From positions 732,631 through 796,630 of the forward strand of contig CBDCNM010000001.1 of NCBI GenBank assembly GCA_965219385.1: a stretch of DNA of 64,000 nt, written 5' to 3'. The notes beneath the pieces were generated by a model. That model saw only the letters and a program-made list of their open reading frames with translations, ran no database searches and was not told where the DNA came from. A program made the translations under genes and the position numbers. This document shows positions 1 to 8,735 of this stretch, piece by piece. This DNA comes from Candidatus Latescibacterota bacterium. Its GTDB lineage: Bacteria; Latescibacterota; UBA2968; UBA8231. Each line of letters begins with the position of its first letter. The first letter of the stretch is position 1.

Positions 1-1
1 C

Positions 2-1219
2 AAGCTACTCTTCATAATCAAAGAATACGACAAGGCTAAAGATGCCTACATCAAGACCATCGAGCTCGATCCCAAGTACGCTCTTGCGCATCATGGTCTC
101 GGCGTTATTTACACCCAAACTCAGGATAGGGAAAAAGCAGCACGGAGTTTCGCTGCAGCGGTCAGGCTCAATCCCGATTATGGGCCTTCTCGCTACCGGC
201 TGGGGATGGTATACCTGGAAGAGCAAGACTACTTTAAAGCTATACGGGAATTGCAACTAGCCGCAAAGCTCATCCCCGGGGAATCGAATGTTCACTACGC
301 GCTCGGGAATGCCTACATGGCCATAGGCAGACTTTCCGAGGCGACGGACGCTTTCAAAAGAACCTTACAACTCGATCCGCAACGCGCCGAGGCGCACGAT
401 AAGTTGGGGCTGGTTTACACCGAACAATCCCTCGCCCTTTTAGGAGCGGTATTCGTAGACCAGGACGGACTTGAAAAGGCGATTGTGGAACATCGTCGGG
501 CAGTGGAACTGGCTCCGGACAATGGCTGGTTTCACTACAAGCTCGGTACGGCTTATGAACGACAGCGAAGCTACGATGCGGCGGCGGAGCAATTCAGGAA
601 AACCCTTGGGCTAGATCCAGATATAGCACAGGCTTCCTACCGCCTCGGAATGATATACTCGAGAAGCAAAAAATACGATGAAGCCGTCCAGGCCTACAAA
701 CAAGCGATCCGTCTCGAACCTGATAATACAGATTTCCACTACGGTTTGGGGACGGTATATGCCAAGATCGGCAAATCCGAAGAAGCGATCGAAAAATTCA
801 AGAAAGCAATCCAACTGGATGACTATAACTCAAAAGCACATTTCAGCCTCGCCAATGTCTATCTGCAGCAGGGCAAGCGCGAAGAGGGCAGGAAGGAAAT
901 GGAGATATTCAGGCGTCAGCGCGAGGGCAATATAACGGATCTGGAACAGAACGCCGCCCTGGTTCCCGACAATCCGGAAACCCACTACAAATTAGCGTTG
1001 CTGTATGCAAAACAGGACAGGCATATAAAAGCTATCCATCAATTCAAGCTCGCCATTGGTCTGGATCCCTATAATCCGGAGTATCATCGTCGTCTCAGAG
1101 ATTCCTACAAGAAAACGGGCAGACATCAAGAGGCGGAACGAGAATTGGAGATCTTCCAGAAACTGACCAATAAACCCGCAAAAAAATCGGCTACCAGCAC
1201 CGTCCCCGGAGCGGACTGA
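2..1219 (+). CDS. Tetratricopeptide repeat protein (5' end truncated by window edge)
   Basis: Many TPR units (e.g. HYALGNAY...A...F...L.LDP). The frame of ORF 206..1219 stays open back to base 2 (KLLFIIKEYDKAKDAYIKTIELDP...). Confidence 0.9.
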   Translation, partial: KLLFIIKEYDKAKDAYIKTIELDPKYALAHHGLGVIYTQTQDREKAARSFAAAVRLNPDYGPSRYRLGMVYLEEQDYFKAIRELQLAAKLIPGESNVHYALGNAYMAIGRLSEATDAFKRTLQLDPQRAEAHDKLGLVYTEQSLALLGAVFVDQDGLEKAIVEHRRAVELAPDNGWFHYKLGTAYERQRSYDAAAEQFRKTLGLDPDIAQASYRLGMIYSRSKKYDEAVQAYKQAIRLEPDNTDFHYGLGTVYAKIGKSEEAIEKFKKAIQLDDYNSKAHFSLANVYLQQGKREEGRKEMEIFRRQREGNITDLEQNAALVPDNPETHYKLALLYAKQDRHIKAIHQFKLAIGLDPYNPEYHRRLRDSYKKTGRHQEAERELEIFQKLTNKPAKKSATSTVPGAD

Positions 1220-1230
1220 AAAAAATCAAC

Positions 1231-3036
1231 ATGGGCATCCAGCAGTTTCCACCCAGACGTACCCTTTTTTTCCTGTTAACTCTCGTTATTGCAGGATTAC
1301 TGCCCGCCGGGTGCCGGGACGATGGCCCTGTAGACAAAGATTTCCCAGGGGAGGATAGAGGGGAAGTGGCGCGCGACCAAAGTGTGGCTTCTCAAAAGAT
1401 CAAACCTGCCACGGGCCTCCCGGCAGACGGACGTGTTCAATTCGTGGATGTAGCGGTAGATTTAGGGGTGGTTCTAAAGAATGTCTCTGGTGATAGCGAA
1501 CAAAGCTATGTGATCGATACAATGATGGGTGGATCGGCGTTTTTCGATTACGACGACGACGGCGATTTAGATTTGTACGTTTTGAATGGGTCGAGAGTGG
1601 TTGGGTTCCCAGCCGGAGAGCATCCCCGAAATGCCTTTTACAGAAACGATGGGGACCGGTACGCGGATGTGACCGAAGAATCAGGGCTGGGGGACACGGG
1701 CTGGGGGATGGGCTGCGCCATCGGGGATTACGACAACGACGGCGCTCCAGATATCTATGTGACCAATTACGGAAAGAACGTTCTGTACCGCAACCAGGGA
1801 GATGGGACTTTTACAGATGTAACGGAGATTGCCAAGGTGGGAGATGAGAGGTTCGGCACAGGATGTGCGTTTTTTGATTACGACGCCGATGGGGACCTGG
1901 ACCTGTACGTTGCAAACTACGTTGATTTTAAACACTTCATCGAGACGACTCCAGACAAGTCTTACACCTGGAAAGGCCTCAAGGTCCACTTCGGACCGCG
2001 CGGCATGAAGGGGGCGGCGGATATACTCTACCGCAATGAAGGAGATGGTACCTTCTCGGATGTGACCCAGGAAGCGAACGTCGTGGATCACCAAAAGCTC
2101 TACGGTCTCGGCGTGATTTGTGGAGATTACGACAACGACGGCGATCCGGACATCTATGTGGCCAACGATACGGGCCCCAACTTCCTCTATCAAAATAACG
2201 GCGACGGGACTTTTGCCGAAGTCGGCTGGATGGTAGGCGCCGCCTATGGCGAAGGCGGCGAGTTGCAGGGATGCATGGGCATTGCCTTTGGGGATTACGA
2301 CAACGATGGGTACCACGACATACTGGTCACCAACTTCTGGGAACAGACCAATACCCTTTATCACAACGATGGGGGGCAATTTTTTTCGGATCTCAGCTTC
2401 GACGCCGGAGTAGGTCTGGAAAGCTTTAAATTCCTGGCCTGGGGCACGGAGTTTTTCGACTACGACAACGATGGAGACAAAGACCTTTTTGTTGCCAACG
2501 GGCACCTCTTTCCGCAGCTGGACAGGGCAAATTTAGGCGTCAGCTATGCCCAGACCAATCAACTCTTTGAGAATTTGGGAGACGGCACATTCGCCGAGGT
2601 ATCCGAAATTTCAGGAGAGGGATTGCGCCTCAAAAAGGTCAGCAGAGGTGCTTCCTTCGGAGACTACGACAACGATGGGGACCTGGACATATTCGTCCTG
2701 AATCTGAACGATATTCCCACTTTTTTACGCAATGAAGGCGGCAACAAAAACAACTGGTTGATGGTAAAGGCCATAGGAGTAAAAAGCAACAGGGATGGCA
2801 TGGGAACCAGGGTAAAGGTCAATTGTGGGGGACTGACCCAGATCAATGAGGTCAGGAGCGGTTCCAGTTATCTTTCGCAGAATGATTTCAGGCTCCACTT
2901 CGGTCTGGGGAAAAGCGATACTGTAGACCTGTTAGAGGTAAGCTGGCCGAGCGGCCTGGTTGAAAGATTCGAAAATTTGGCTGCCAACCAACTCGTGGTC
3001 GTCCAGGAGGGCAAGGGGATAATTCGCTGGAGGTGA
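1231..3036 (+). CDS. CRTAC1-family FG-GAP/VCBS repeat + ASPIC/UnbV protein, probable lipoprotein
   Basis: Repeated DYDNDGD.D.YV.N motifs; C-terminal GSSYLSQND.RLHFGLG...V.WPSG; lipobox-like LLPAGC. Confidence 0.9.
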   Translation: MGIQQFPPRRTLFFLLTLVIAGLLPAGCRDDGPVDKDFPGEDRGEVARDQSVASQKIKPATGLPADGRVQFVDVAVDLGVVLKNVSGDSEQSYVIDTMMGGSAFFDYDDDGDLDLYVLNGSRVVGFPAGEHPRNAFYRNDGDRYADVTEESGLGDTGWGMGCAIGDYDNDGAPDIYVTNYGKNVLYRNQGDGTFTDVTEIAKVGDERFGTGCAFFDYDADGDLDLYVANYVDFKHFIETTPDKSYTWKGLKVHFGPRGMKGAADILYRNEGDGTFSDVTQEANVVDHQKLYGLGVICGDYDNDGDPDIYVANDTGPNFLYQNNGDGTFAEVGWMVGAAYGEGGELQGCMGIAFGDYDNDGYHDILVTNFWEQTNTLYHNDGGQFFSDLSFDAGVGLESFKFLAWGTEFFDYDNDGDKDLFVANGHLFPQLDRANLGVSYAQTNQLFENLGDGTFAEVSEISGEGLRLKKVSRGASFGDYDNDGDLDIFVLNLNDIPTFLRNEGGNKNNWLMVKAIGVKSNRDGMGTRVKVNCGGLTQINEVRSGSSYLSQNDFRLHFGLGKSDTVDLLEVSWPSGLVERFENLAANQLVVVQEGKGIIRWR

Positions 3037-5318
3037 TGCAGATGGCCGCGATTCATAGATGGTTGATATCCGCCGTGCCTGCCGTGGCCGCGGGGGGGGG
3101 GATCCTGGCGCTGGTATCTTGCTCTGAGCTCTCTGGCCCAGAGCAGGCGGCCAGTACCCGGCGCATGGCCGAACGCCTGGAAGAAATCGCCCGCAACGCA
3201 GACCCTTCGCTACATCTCTACGTGAACGCGGAAAGGGTGAACTACTTCCGCCAGCGGGTAGAACACCTGCGCGAAACAGTCGCTGCCGGGGATCCGCAAG
3301 GCAAAGGCCAACTCCTCAAAACCCGGCTTACTCTGGCCAATGAACTGTTGCGGAATGGTCAATCCGAAGAAGCCGTGGAGGGCTTCCGACAACTGCAAGC
3401 GGAAGCGGTCGGCAACCCTCAGATCCAGCATCTACTCCAGGTTTTACTGGGACTTTCCTATCTCCGCCTGGGAGAGCAGGAAAATTGTGTCGCCCACCAC
3501 AACACCGAATCCTGCTTGCTGCCGATCCGCGGCGCCGGGGTCCACCAGATCAAGCGTGGATCGCGCGCCGCCATCGGGGAGTTTCTGGAGGTTCTGCAGC
3601 GCAATCCCGGCGATCTGTCGGCCCGCTGGTTGCTCAATATCGCCTACATGACCCTTGGCGAGTACCCCGACGAGGTGCCGCAGGACTATCTGATTGCGCC
3701 CGAGGTTTTCGATTCCGACTACGATATCAAACGCTTTGGCGATGTCGCTCCCCGGTTGGGCCTGGATGTGGTGGGACTTTCGGGGGGAGCCATCATGGAA
3801 GATTTCGACGGGGACGGCTACCTTGACATCGTGGCTTCTTCCTGGGGGCTGCGCGACCAGATCCACTATTTCCGCAACAGGGGAGACGGGACCTTTGCGG
3901 ACAACACCAGGGAAGCGGGGTTGGTGGGTATTGTGGGCGGATTGAACGCGCGCCTGGCGGACTACGACAACAATGGCTACGCCGATGTGCTGGTCCTGCG
4001 CGGCGCCTGGCTCGGTCCGCTTGGGCGCTATCCCAACTCGCTGTTGCGCAACCAGGGAGGCGGACGCTTCATCGACGCTACCCAAGAGGCCGGTCTGCTC
4101 ACCTGGCACCCGACCCAGGCTGCGACCTGGGGAGATTTCGACAACGATGGTTGGGTGGACCTGTTTGTGGGCAACGAATCGATCGGCGCGGAAATACACC
4201 GGTGCGAACTGTTCCGCAACAACGGGGACGGCAGCTTTGCCGATGTGGCCAGGGAAGCGGGCGTCGCCGTGGTGGGGTATGTGAAAGGGGTGGCGTGGGG
4301 AGACTACAACAACGATGGGCGGCTGGATCTGTACGTTTCGCGCCTGGCGCAAAAAGAGACCAATCTGCTCTACCGCAACGAAGGGGAAGATGCCTCGGGT
4401 CGCTGGCGCTTTGCGGACGTATCGGCAGAAGCAGGGGTGCCCGGGCCCGCCCACAGCTTTCCGACCTGGTTCTGGGACTACGACAACGATGGCTGGCAGG
4501 ATATATTTGTCGCCGGGTTCAAAGCCGGGGCCGCGGATGTGGCAGCCGATTATCTGGGCCTGCCGCACCGCGGCGAACATCCCTGCCTCTACCGGAATAA
4601 CGGGGACGGCACCTTTGCCGACGTCACCCGGGAAGTCCAACTCGACAAGCCCTTGCTCGCCATGGGCTGCAATTTCGGCGATCTGGACAACGATGGCTAT
4701 CCGGACTGTTATATCGGGACCGGCGACCCGGGCCTGGCCTCGCTGATGCCCAATCGCATGTTTCGCAATGCAGAGGGCCAAATCTTCCAGGATGTCACCA
4801 CATCCGGCGGGTTCGGGCATTTGCAAAAGGGCCACGGCGTGGCTTTTGGCGACCTTGATCACGATGGCGATCAAGATGTCTTTGCCGTCATGGGCGGGGC
4901 TTTTAGCGGGGATGTAGCCCCCAATGTCCTCTTTGAGAACCCGGGCCACGGCAACCACTGGATCAAGCTCAGACTGGAAGGAGTGCGCTCCAATCGCGGC
5001 GCCATCGGGGCGCGCATAAAGGTGAGTTTGAATACGGCGAATGGGGGGCGGGAGGTGTATGCCACGGTGACGAGCGGGAGTAGCTTCGGCGCCTCCAGCC
5101 TGCAACAGGAGATCGGCCTGGGGCAGGCCATTTCGATCCGCGCTATTGAAGTCGTCTGGCCCGCCAGCGGAGAGGTGCAGGTGTTCCAGGATGTCGAGAT
5201 GGATCAGTTCCTGCACATCCGCGAAGGGGATCCGGCGCCCCTGGTCCTCGAATTCGATCCCTTTGATCTCGCTCCCGGCGGTGGGGCAGCGGTACGGGAG
5301 CACGCCCACCGCGAATGA
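3033..5318 (+). CDS. CRTAC1-family FG-GAP + ASPIC/UnbV protein with helical N-terminal region, probable lipoprotein
   Basis: DFDNDG repeats, GHLQKGHGVAFGD, SGSSFG...QEIGLG; LVSC lipobox; GTGA overlap with the upstream stop. Confidence 0.88.
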   Translation: MMQMAAIHRWLISAVPAVAAGGGILALVSCSELSGPEQAASTRRMAERLEEIARNADPSLHLYVNAERVNYFRQRVEHLRETVAAGDPQGKGQLLKTRLTLANELLRNGQSEEAVEGFRQLQAEAVGNPQIQHLLQVLLGLSYLRLGEQENCVAHHNTESCLLPIRGAGVHQIKRGSRAAIGEFLEVLQRNPGDLSARWLLNIAYMTLGEYPDEVPQDYLIAPEVFDSDYDIKRFGDVAPRLGLDVVGLSGGAIMEDFDGDGYLDIVASSWGLRDQIHYFRNRGDGTFADNTREAGLVGIVGGLNARLADYDNNGYADVLVLRGAWLGPLGRYPNSLLRNQGGGRFIDATQEAGLLTWHPTQAATWGDFDNDGWVDLFVGNESIGAEIHRCELFRNNGDGSFADVAREAGVAVVGYVKGVAWGDYNNDGRLDLYVSRLAQKETNLLYRNEGEDASGRWRFADVSAEAGVPGPAHSFPTWFWDYDNDGWQDIFVAGFKAGAADVAADYLGLPHRGEHPCLYRNNGDGTFADVTREVQLDKPLLAMGCNFGDLDNDGYPDCYIGTGDPGLASLMPNRMFRNAEGQIFQDVTTSGGFGHLQKGHGVAFGDLDHDGDQDVFAVMGGAFSGDVAPNVLFENPGHGNHWIKLRLEGVRSNRGAIGARIKVSLNTANGGREVYATVTSGSSFGASSLQQEIGLGQAISIRAIEVVWPASGEVQVFQDVEMDQFLHIREGDPAPLVLEFDPFDLAPGGGAAVREHAHRE

Positions 5319-5440
5319 AACTAGCGCGGTAGTTGAACTAAACTCTTCTATGTGCCCACCTCTTTGCGGGAGCAGAGCGGCATGATTTCATACAAAGCAA
5401 CGGGGTTGTCTCTGCTCGTTTTGTAACTATTTTTGGTAAA

Positions 5441-7444
5441 ATGAGAGCAATTAAACCGCTCATTTTTCCCTTCGGCTTTATCCTTCTTTGCGGCCTGCTG
5501 ATCTACCACAACACCCTCTACAGCGGGTTCCATCTCGACGATCACTACGGGGTGGTGGAGAATCCCGGCATCGCCTCTTTCTGGCCGCCCTGGCGCCACT
5601 TCCTGGATCCGCGCACCATTTCCTCGCTGGAGCGCGTCACCCAGTACCGCCCTCTCCTGCCCCTGACGCTTTCCATCAACCACGCCCTGTTCGGACATAG
5701 CCTGCCGGCCTACCACCTGTTCAACCTGGGCGTACACTTGGGCGCGGCCATGTTGCTCTACGTTCTGTGCCTCGAATGGCTGGTCCACTGGGGGGAAAAA
5801 GAGCGCTCCAGGAGTTCCAGAAAGGGCATGGCCCTGGTGGTAGCCGCTCTCTTTGTGGTCCATCCTGTCTCCGGCATCCTGGTCAACTACATTGTGGCGC
5901 GCGACCTGGCCCTGATGGAATTCTTCCTGCTGGCTGCCCTGCTGAGCTACACCCGCATGCGCCGTCTTGGTTCGACCCTCCCGAGATGGATGCTGGTCAT
6001 GGTCTTTTTTTCTCTTTCCATGCTGTCCAAAACCAACCCGGTGGCCGCTCCGGCCGTGGTCTTTTTGTTCGAGATCCTGCTCGCCAAAGAGCCCATTTCC
6101 GGTAAGAAGCCGTGGCTGCGGACCCTGCCCTTTGCCGGCCTAGTGGCCCTCTTCTTCGGGTTCACGCGCTACGGACTGGAATTTTCCGATCTAGAACAGA
6201 TCACCGCGGCCACAAGCCTTTTTTCTTTTGAATATCTCCTGACCCAGTTCCACCTGCACCTGCTGCACTACGGACGCAACTTTGTCTGGCCGTTTTACAT
6301 CCGCCCGATGCCGGCCGTGGACCTGGCCGACAGCGTGTTTGAGCCGGGGGTCGCGGCCGGTCTGCTCTTGGTCGCGGTCACTCTCTGGAGTGCGTGGAAG
6401 ACGCGCCAGAACCACCCACTGCTCTCTTTTTGCATTCTTTCCTACTGGGCGCTGTTGATCCCCACCTCTTCTTTTTTGCCCCTGCACTTCCTGGCGGCGG
6501 ATTACCGCCCCTATCCAGCCAGCCCGTTTTTCTTCCTGGGAATCGTCCTGGTGGCCGGTTCGCTCCTGGACCGAAAAGCCCTCCGGCTGGCAAGCGCCGC
6601 CCTAGGTATTACTTATTTTGGCCTGGCCTCGGTCTATCTCAACCGCACTTGGCGCAACGGGGAGACTCTTTGGACCCACAGCGTGCAGCACGGCGGCAAC
6701 GCCACCGCCCACCACGGCTTGGCCATGAGCCTGTCCGACCGCCGGGACCCGCGGGTGCGCCACCACCTCGAAGAGGCGCTGCGGCTCAGCCCGAACTACG
6801 TGCTGGCGCAGGTGAATCTGGGCCTGCTGCTCATTCAGCTGGGCGAAATCGAGCAGGGACTGGCGCACTGCCGCAAAGCGGTCGAGATTGCACCGCACTG
6901 GGGGCAACCCTACTACTGGCTCGCCCAGGCTTACACTGCCCTGGGCCGGGTGCAGGAGGCCGCCAGCGCTAGCCGCCGGGCCGCGGAGCTGGACCCGCGC
7001 AACCTCAAATACCGGCTCCAGGCCGCTCTCCACACCCTGCGCCTGGGAGACTACAAAGACAGCCTGCGCTACCTGGAGGCCATCGAAGCACAGGCCGGGG
7101 CCTACGGCAACAGCCGCTTCCTCGCGGGCATTGCCCATCAGATGATGGGCGATCACCCGGCGGCGATACAGGCCTACCGGGTCTTCATCGCCGCCCATCC
7201 CACCCACAGCCAGGCGCACTTCAATCTGGCCTATGTCCTGATGCAAGAGGGCGACTGCCAGGCGGCCGTTCCGCACTTCGAGACCACCCTGCGGCTGCGG
7301 CCAGACTACGCCAAGGTCCACCCGCACCTGGCCGACTGCTACGCTCGCCTGGGAGACGAGGCCAGGGCCAGGCCGCACCGAAAACGGGGCGCGGGAAAGC
7401 AAGGTGGAATCGCCCCCGGGCGCCGAAAAGTAGACCATTTTTAG
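5441..7444 (+). CDS. TMTC-like GT-C membrane glycosyltransferase with C-terminal TPRs
   Basis: N-terminal LDD..VVENP.I, YRPL, HP...V.YI..R, LSK motifs, many hydrophobic helices, W.N.ETLW followed by TPRs. Confidence 0.75.
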   Translation: MRAIKPLIFPFGFILLCGLLIYHNTLYSGFHLDDHYGVVENPGIASFWPPWRHFLDPRTISSLERVTQYRPLLPLTLSINHALFGHSLPAYHLFNLGVHLGAAMLLYVLCLEWLVHWGEKERSRSSRKGMALVVAALFVVHPVSGILVNYIVARDLALMEFFLLAALLSYTRMRRLGSTLPRWMLVMVFFSLSMLSKTNPVAAPAVVFLFEILLAKEPISGKKPWLRTLPFAGLVALFFGFTRYGLEFSDLEQITAATSLFSFEYLLTQFHLHLLHYGRNFVWPFYIRPMPAVDLADSVFEPGVAAGLLLVAVTLWSAWKTRQNHPLLSFCILSYWALLIPTSSFLPLHFLAADYRPYPASPFFFLGIVLVAGSLLDRKALRLASAALGITYFGLASVYLNRTWRNGETLWTHSVQHGGNATAHHGLAMSLSDRRDPRVRHHLEEALRLSPNYVLAQVNLGLLLIQLGEIEQGLAHCRKAVEIAPHWGQPYYWLAQAYTALGRVQEAASASRRAAELDPRNLKYRLQAALHTLRLGDYKDSLRYLEAIEAQAGAYGNSRFLAGIAHQMMGDHPAAIQAYRVFIAAHPTHSQAHFNLAYVLMQEGDCQAAVPHFETTLRLRPDYAKVHPHLADCYARLGDEARARPHRKRGAGKQGGIAPGRRKVDHF

Positions 7445-7511
7445 ACAAGTTATAGTAAAAACATTTATTTAGGACTTTAATGTAAAATGGTAAAAATCGT
7501 CGATTTTCATA

Positions 7512-7541
7512 TTGACTTTTTGGGGCTGTTTAGCTTATCTT
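7512..7541 (+). promoter_or_regulatory. Candidate sigma70 promoter for the envelope locus
   Basis: TTGACT-18 nt-TATCTT in an AT-rich intergenic region. Confidence 0.4.
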
Positions 7542-7705
7542 ATGTCCCATCTATATATGAGGGAAGTGGTCATTCCTATTCTACTACTTACATACTCAAA
7601 AGGAGGTGAGAAAGGAGGAGTAAGTGGTGTTGTTCGCAAACGTTCCATCCTTGCTGATTAGCTGATTTGAAAGGTTAATTAGCCAACTTTGAAAGGGTTT
7701 CAATC

Positions 7706-8638
7706 ATGAAGAAAACAACGATTTCAGTATTCCTGGTGCTGGGCTTTGTGCTTTTCACCTTTGCAGTGAGCTCGGCTCACCTGCGGCCGGATCAGAACTT
7801 TGCTGCGTTACAGGTGCCCCTTAACCAGCCCGGCATAATAGACTACGCACCAGACGGCGATCTCAGCGAGTGGGCAAACGTCCCCTCGATCTTCTGGGTG
7901 ACCCACGATCAACTGGTAGAGACGGTCCGCAACGCCGGGGACCCGGATGCCTCCAATCTCGCCGTGAGAGTTATTGTCGGGTGGCACCCGGACACGGGCC
8001 AGATCATCATGATGGAGGATCGGTTCGACAACGCCTTTTTTGGTACCTCTGAGGGTTACGCGGAGACGATCGAGTTCGTCATTGATGCCGACCACAGTGC
8101 GGATCCTCAGTTCTTCAACGTGCAGGATATCGGTCTCGATCCGGACCGGTACTCCGGCGCTCTGACCCAGAATTACCGCTATCGGCTGTGGAATGAGCCA
8201 CCCGCGGATCTGTGGCTCTGGGGTGGAGCTCCGTGGGCCGGCGTGCCTCCCTATGCTGGAGTCGGCTGGAGTTTTGAAGGCGACCTGAATGGTGGGACAG
8301 GCACCCTGAGCATGGAGATGTACATGACCGCGTTCGACGATCTGCCCAATCCGAGCACCGGTCCCGACAGTCCGGAAGTGCTCTTTCACGAGTTGGTGGA
8401 GGGCGAAATCGTCGGCATAGGCTTTGCCCTTCAGGACGCAGATGGTGTAGATGAGGGGGGTGGGGAGAAAGGCTACCGCGGCTACTGGACTAATAGCGGC
8501 GACACCGAGCTCTACATCAAGGCGACCTCATTGGTCGACTACACGCTGCTTGGCTGGAACGCGGAATGGTGGGTAGCAGGAGAGACTGCGGTTAAAGAGG
8601 ATAGCTGGGGCCGCATAAAGTCGACCTTCGCCCGCTAA
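7706..8638 (+). CDS. Secreted acidic protein, DOMON/CBM9-like, with C-terminal TAVKEDSWGRIKSTF tail
   Basis: Signal peptide; DGDLSEW and IG..F..QDAD motifs typical of CBM9/DOMON-like folds; WGxIK tail. Confidence 0.65.
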   Translation: MKKTTISVFLVLGFVLFTFAVSSAHLRPDQNFAALQVPLNQPGIIDYAPDGDLSEWANVPSIFWVTHDQLVETVRNAGDPDASNLAVRVIVGWHPDTGQIIMMEDRFDNAFFGTSEGYAETIEFVIDADHSADPQFFNVQDIGLDPDRYSGALTQNYRYRLWNEPPADLWLWGGAPWAGVPPYAGVGWSFEGDLNGGTGTLSMEMYMTAFDDLPNPSTGPDSPEVLFHELVEGEIVGIGFALQDADGVDEGGGEKGYRGYWTNSGDTELYIKATSLVDYTLLGWNAEWWVAGETAVKEDSWGRIKSTFAR

Positions 8639-8673
8639 GTAAGGATTTAGTCGAGAAGGTAATGCTTAGCTTT

Positions 8674-8709
8674 GGGGGGCGAAACTCCTGTGATTTCGCC
8701 CCCCTTTTT
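8674..8709 (+). terminator. Rho-independent terminator/attenuator
   Basis: 11-bp stem GGGGGGCGAAA/TTTCGCCCCCC followed by TTTTT. Confidence 0.8.
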
Positions 8710-8735
8710 ACTAACCTGAACCGGCAAAAACAGAC

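Noticed and set aside
1540..4880. Recurring GACTACGACAACGAT-like sequences as a CRISPR or DNA repeat array
   Set aside because: They encode FG-GAP DYDNDG motifs and are irregularly spaced.
3444..5309. Long antisense ORFs (also 57027-59000, 33112-34461 and others)
   Set aside because: Shadow frames of well-supported genes in GC-rich DNA, with no recognisable motifs.
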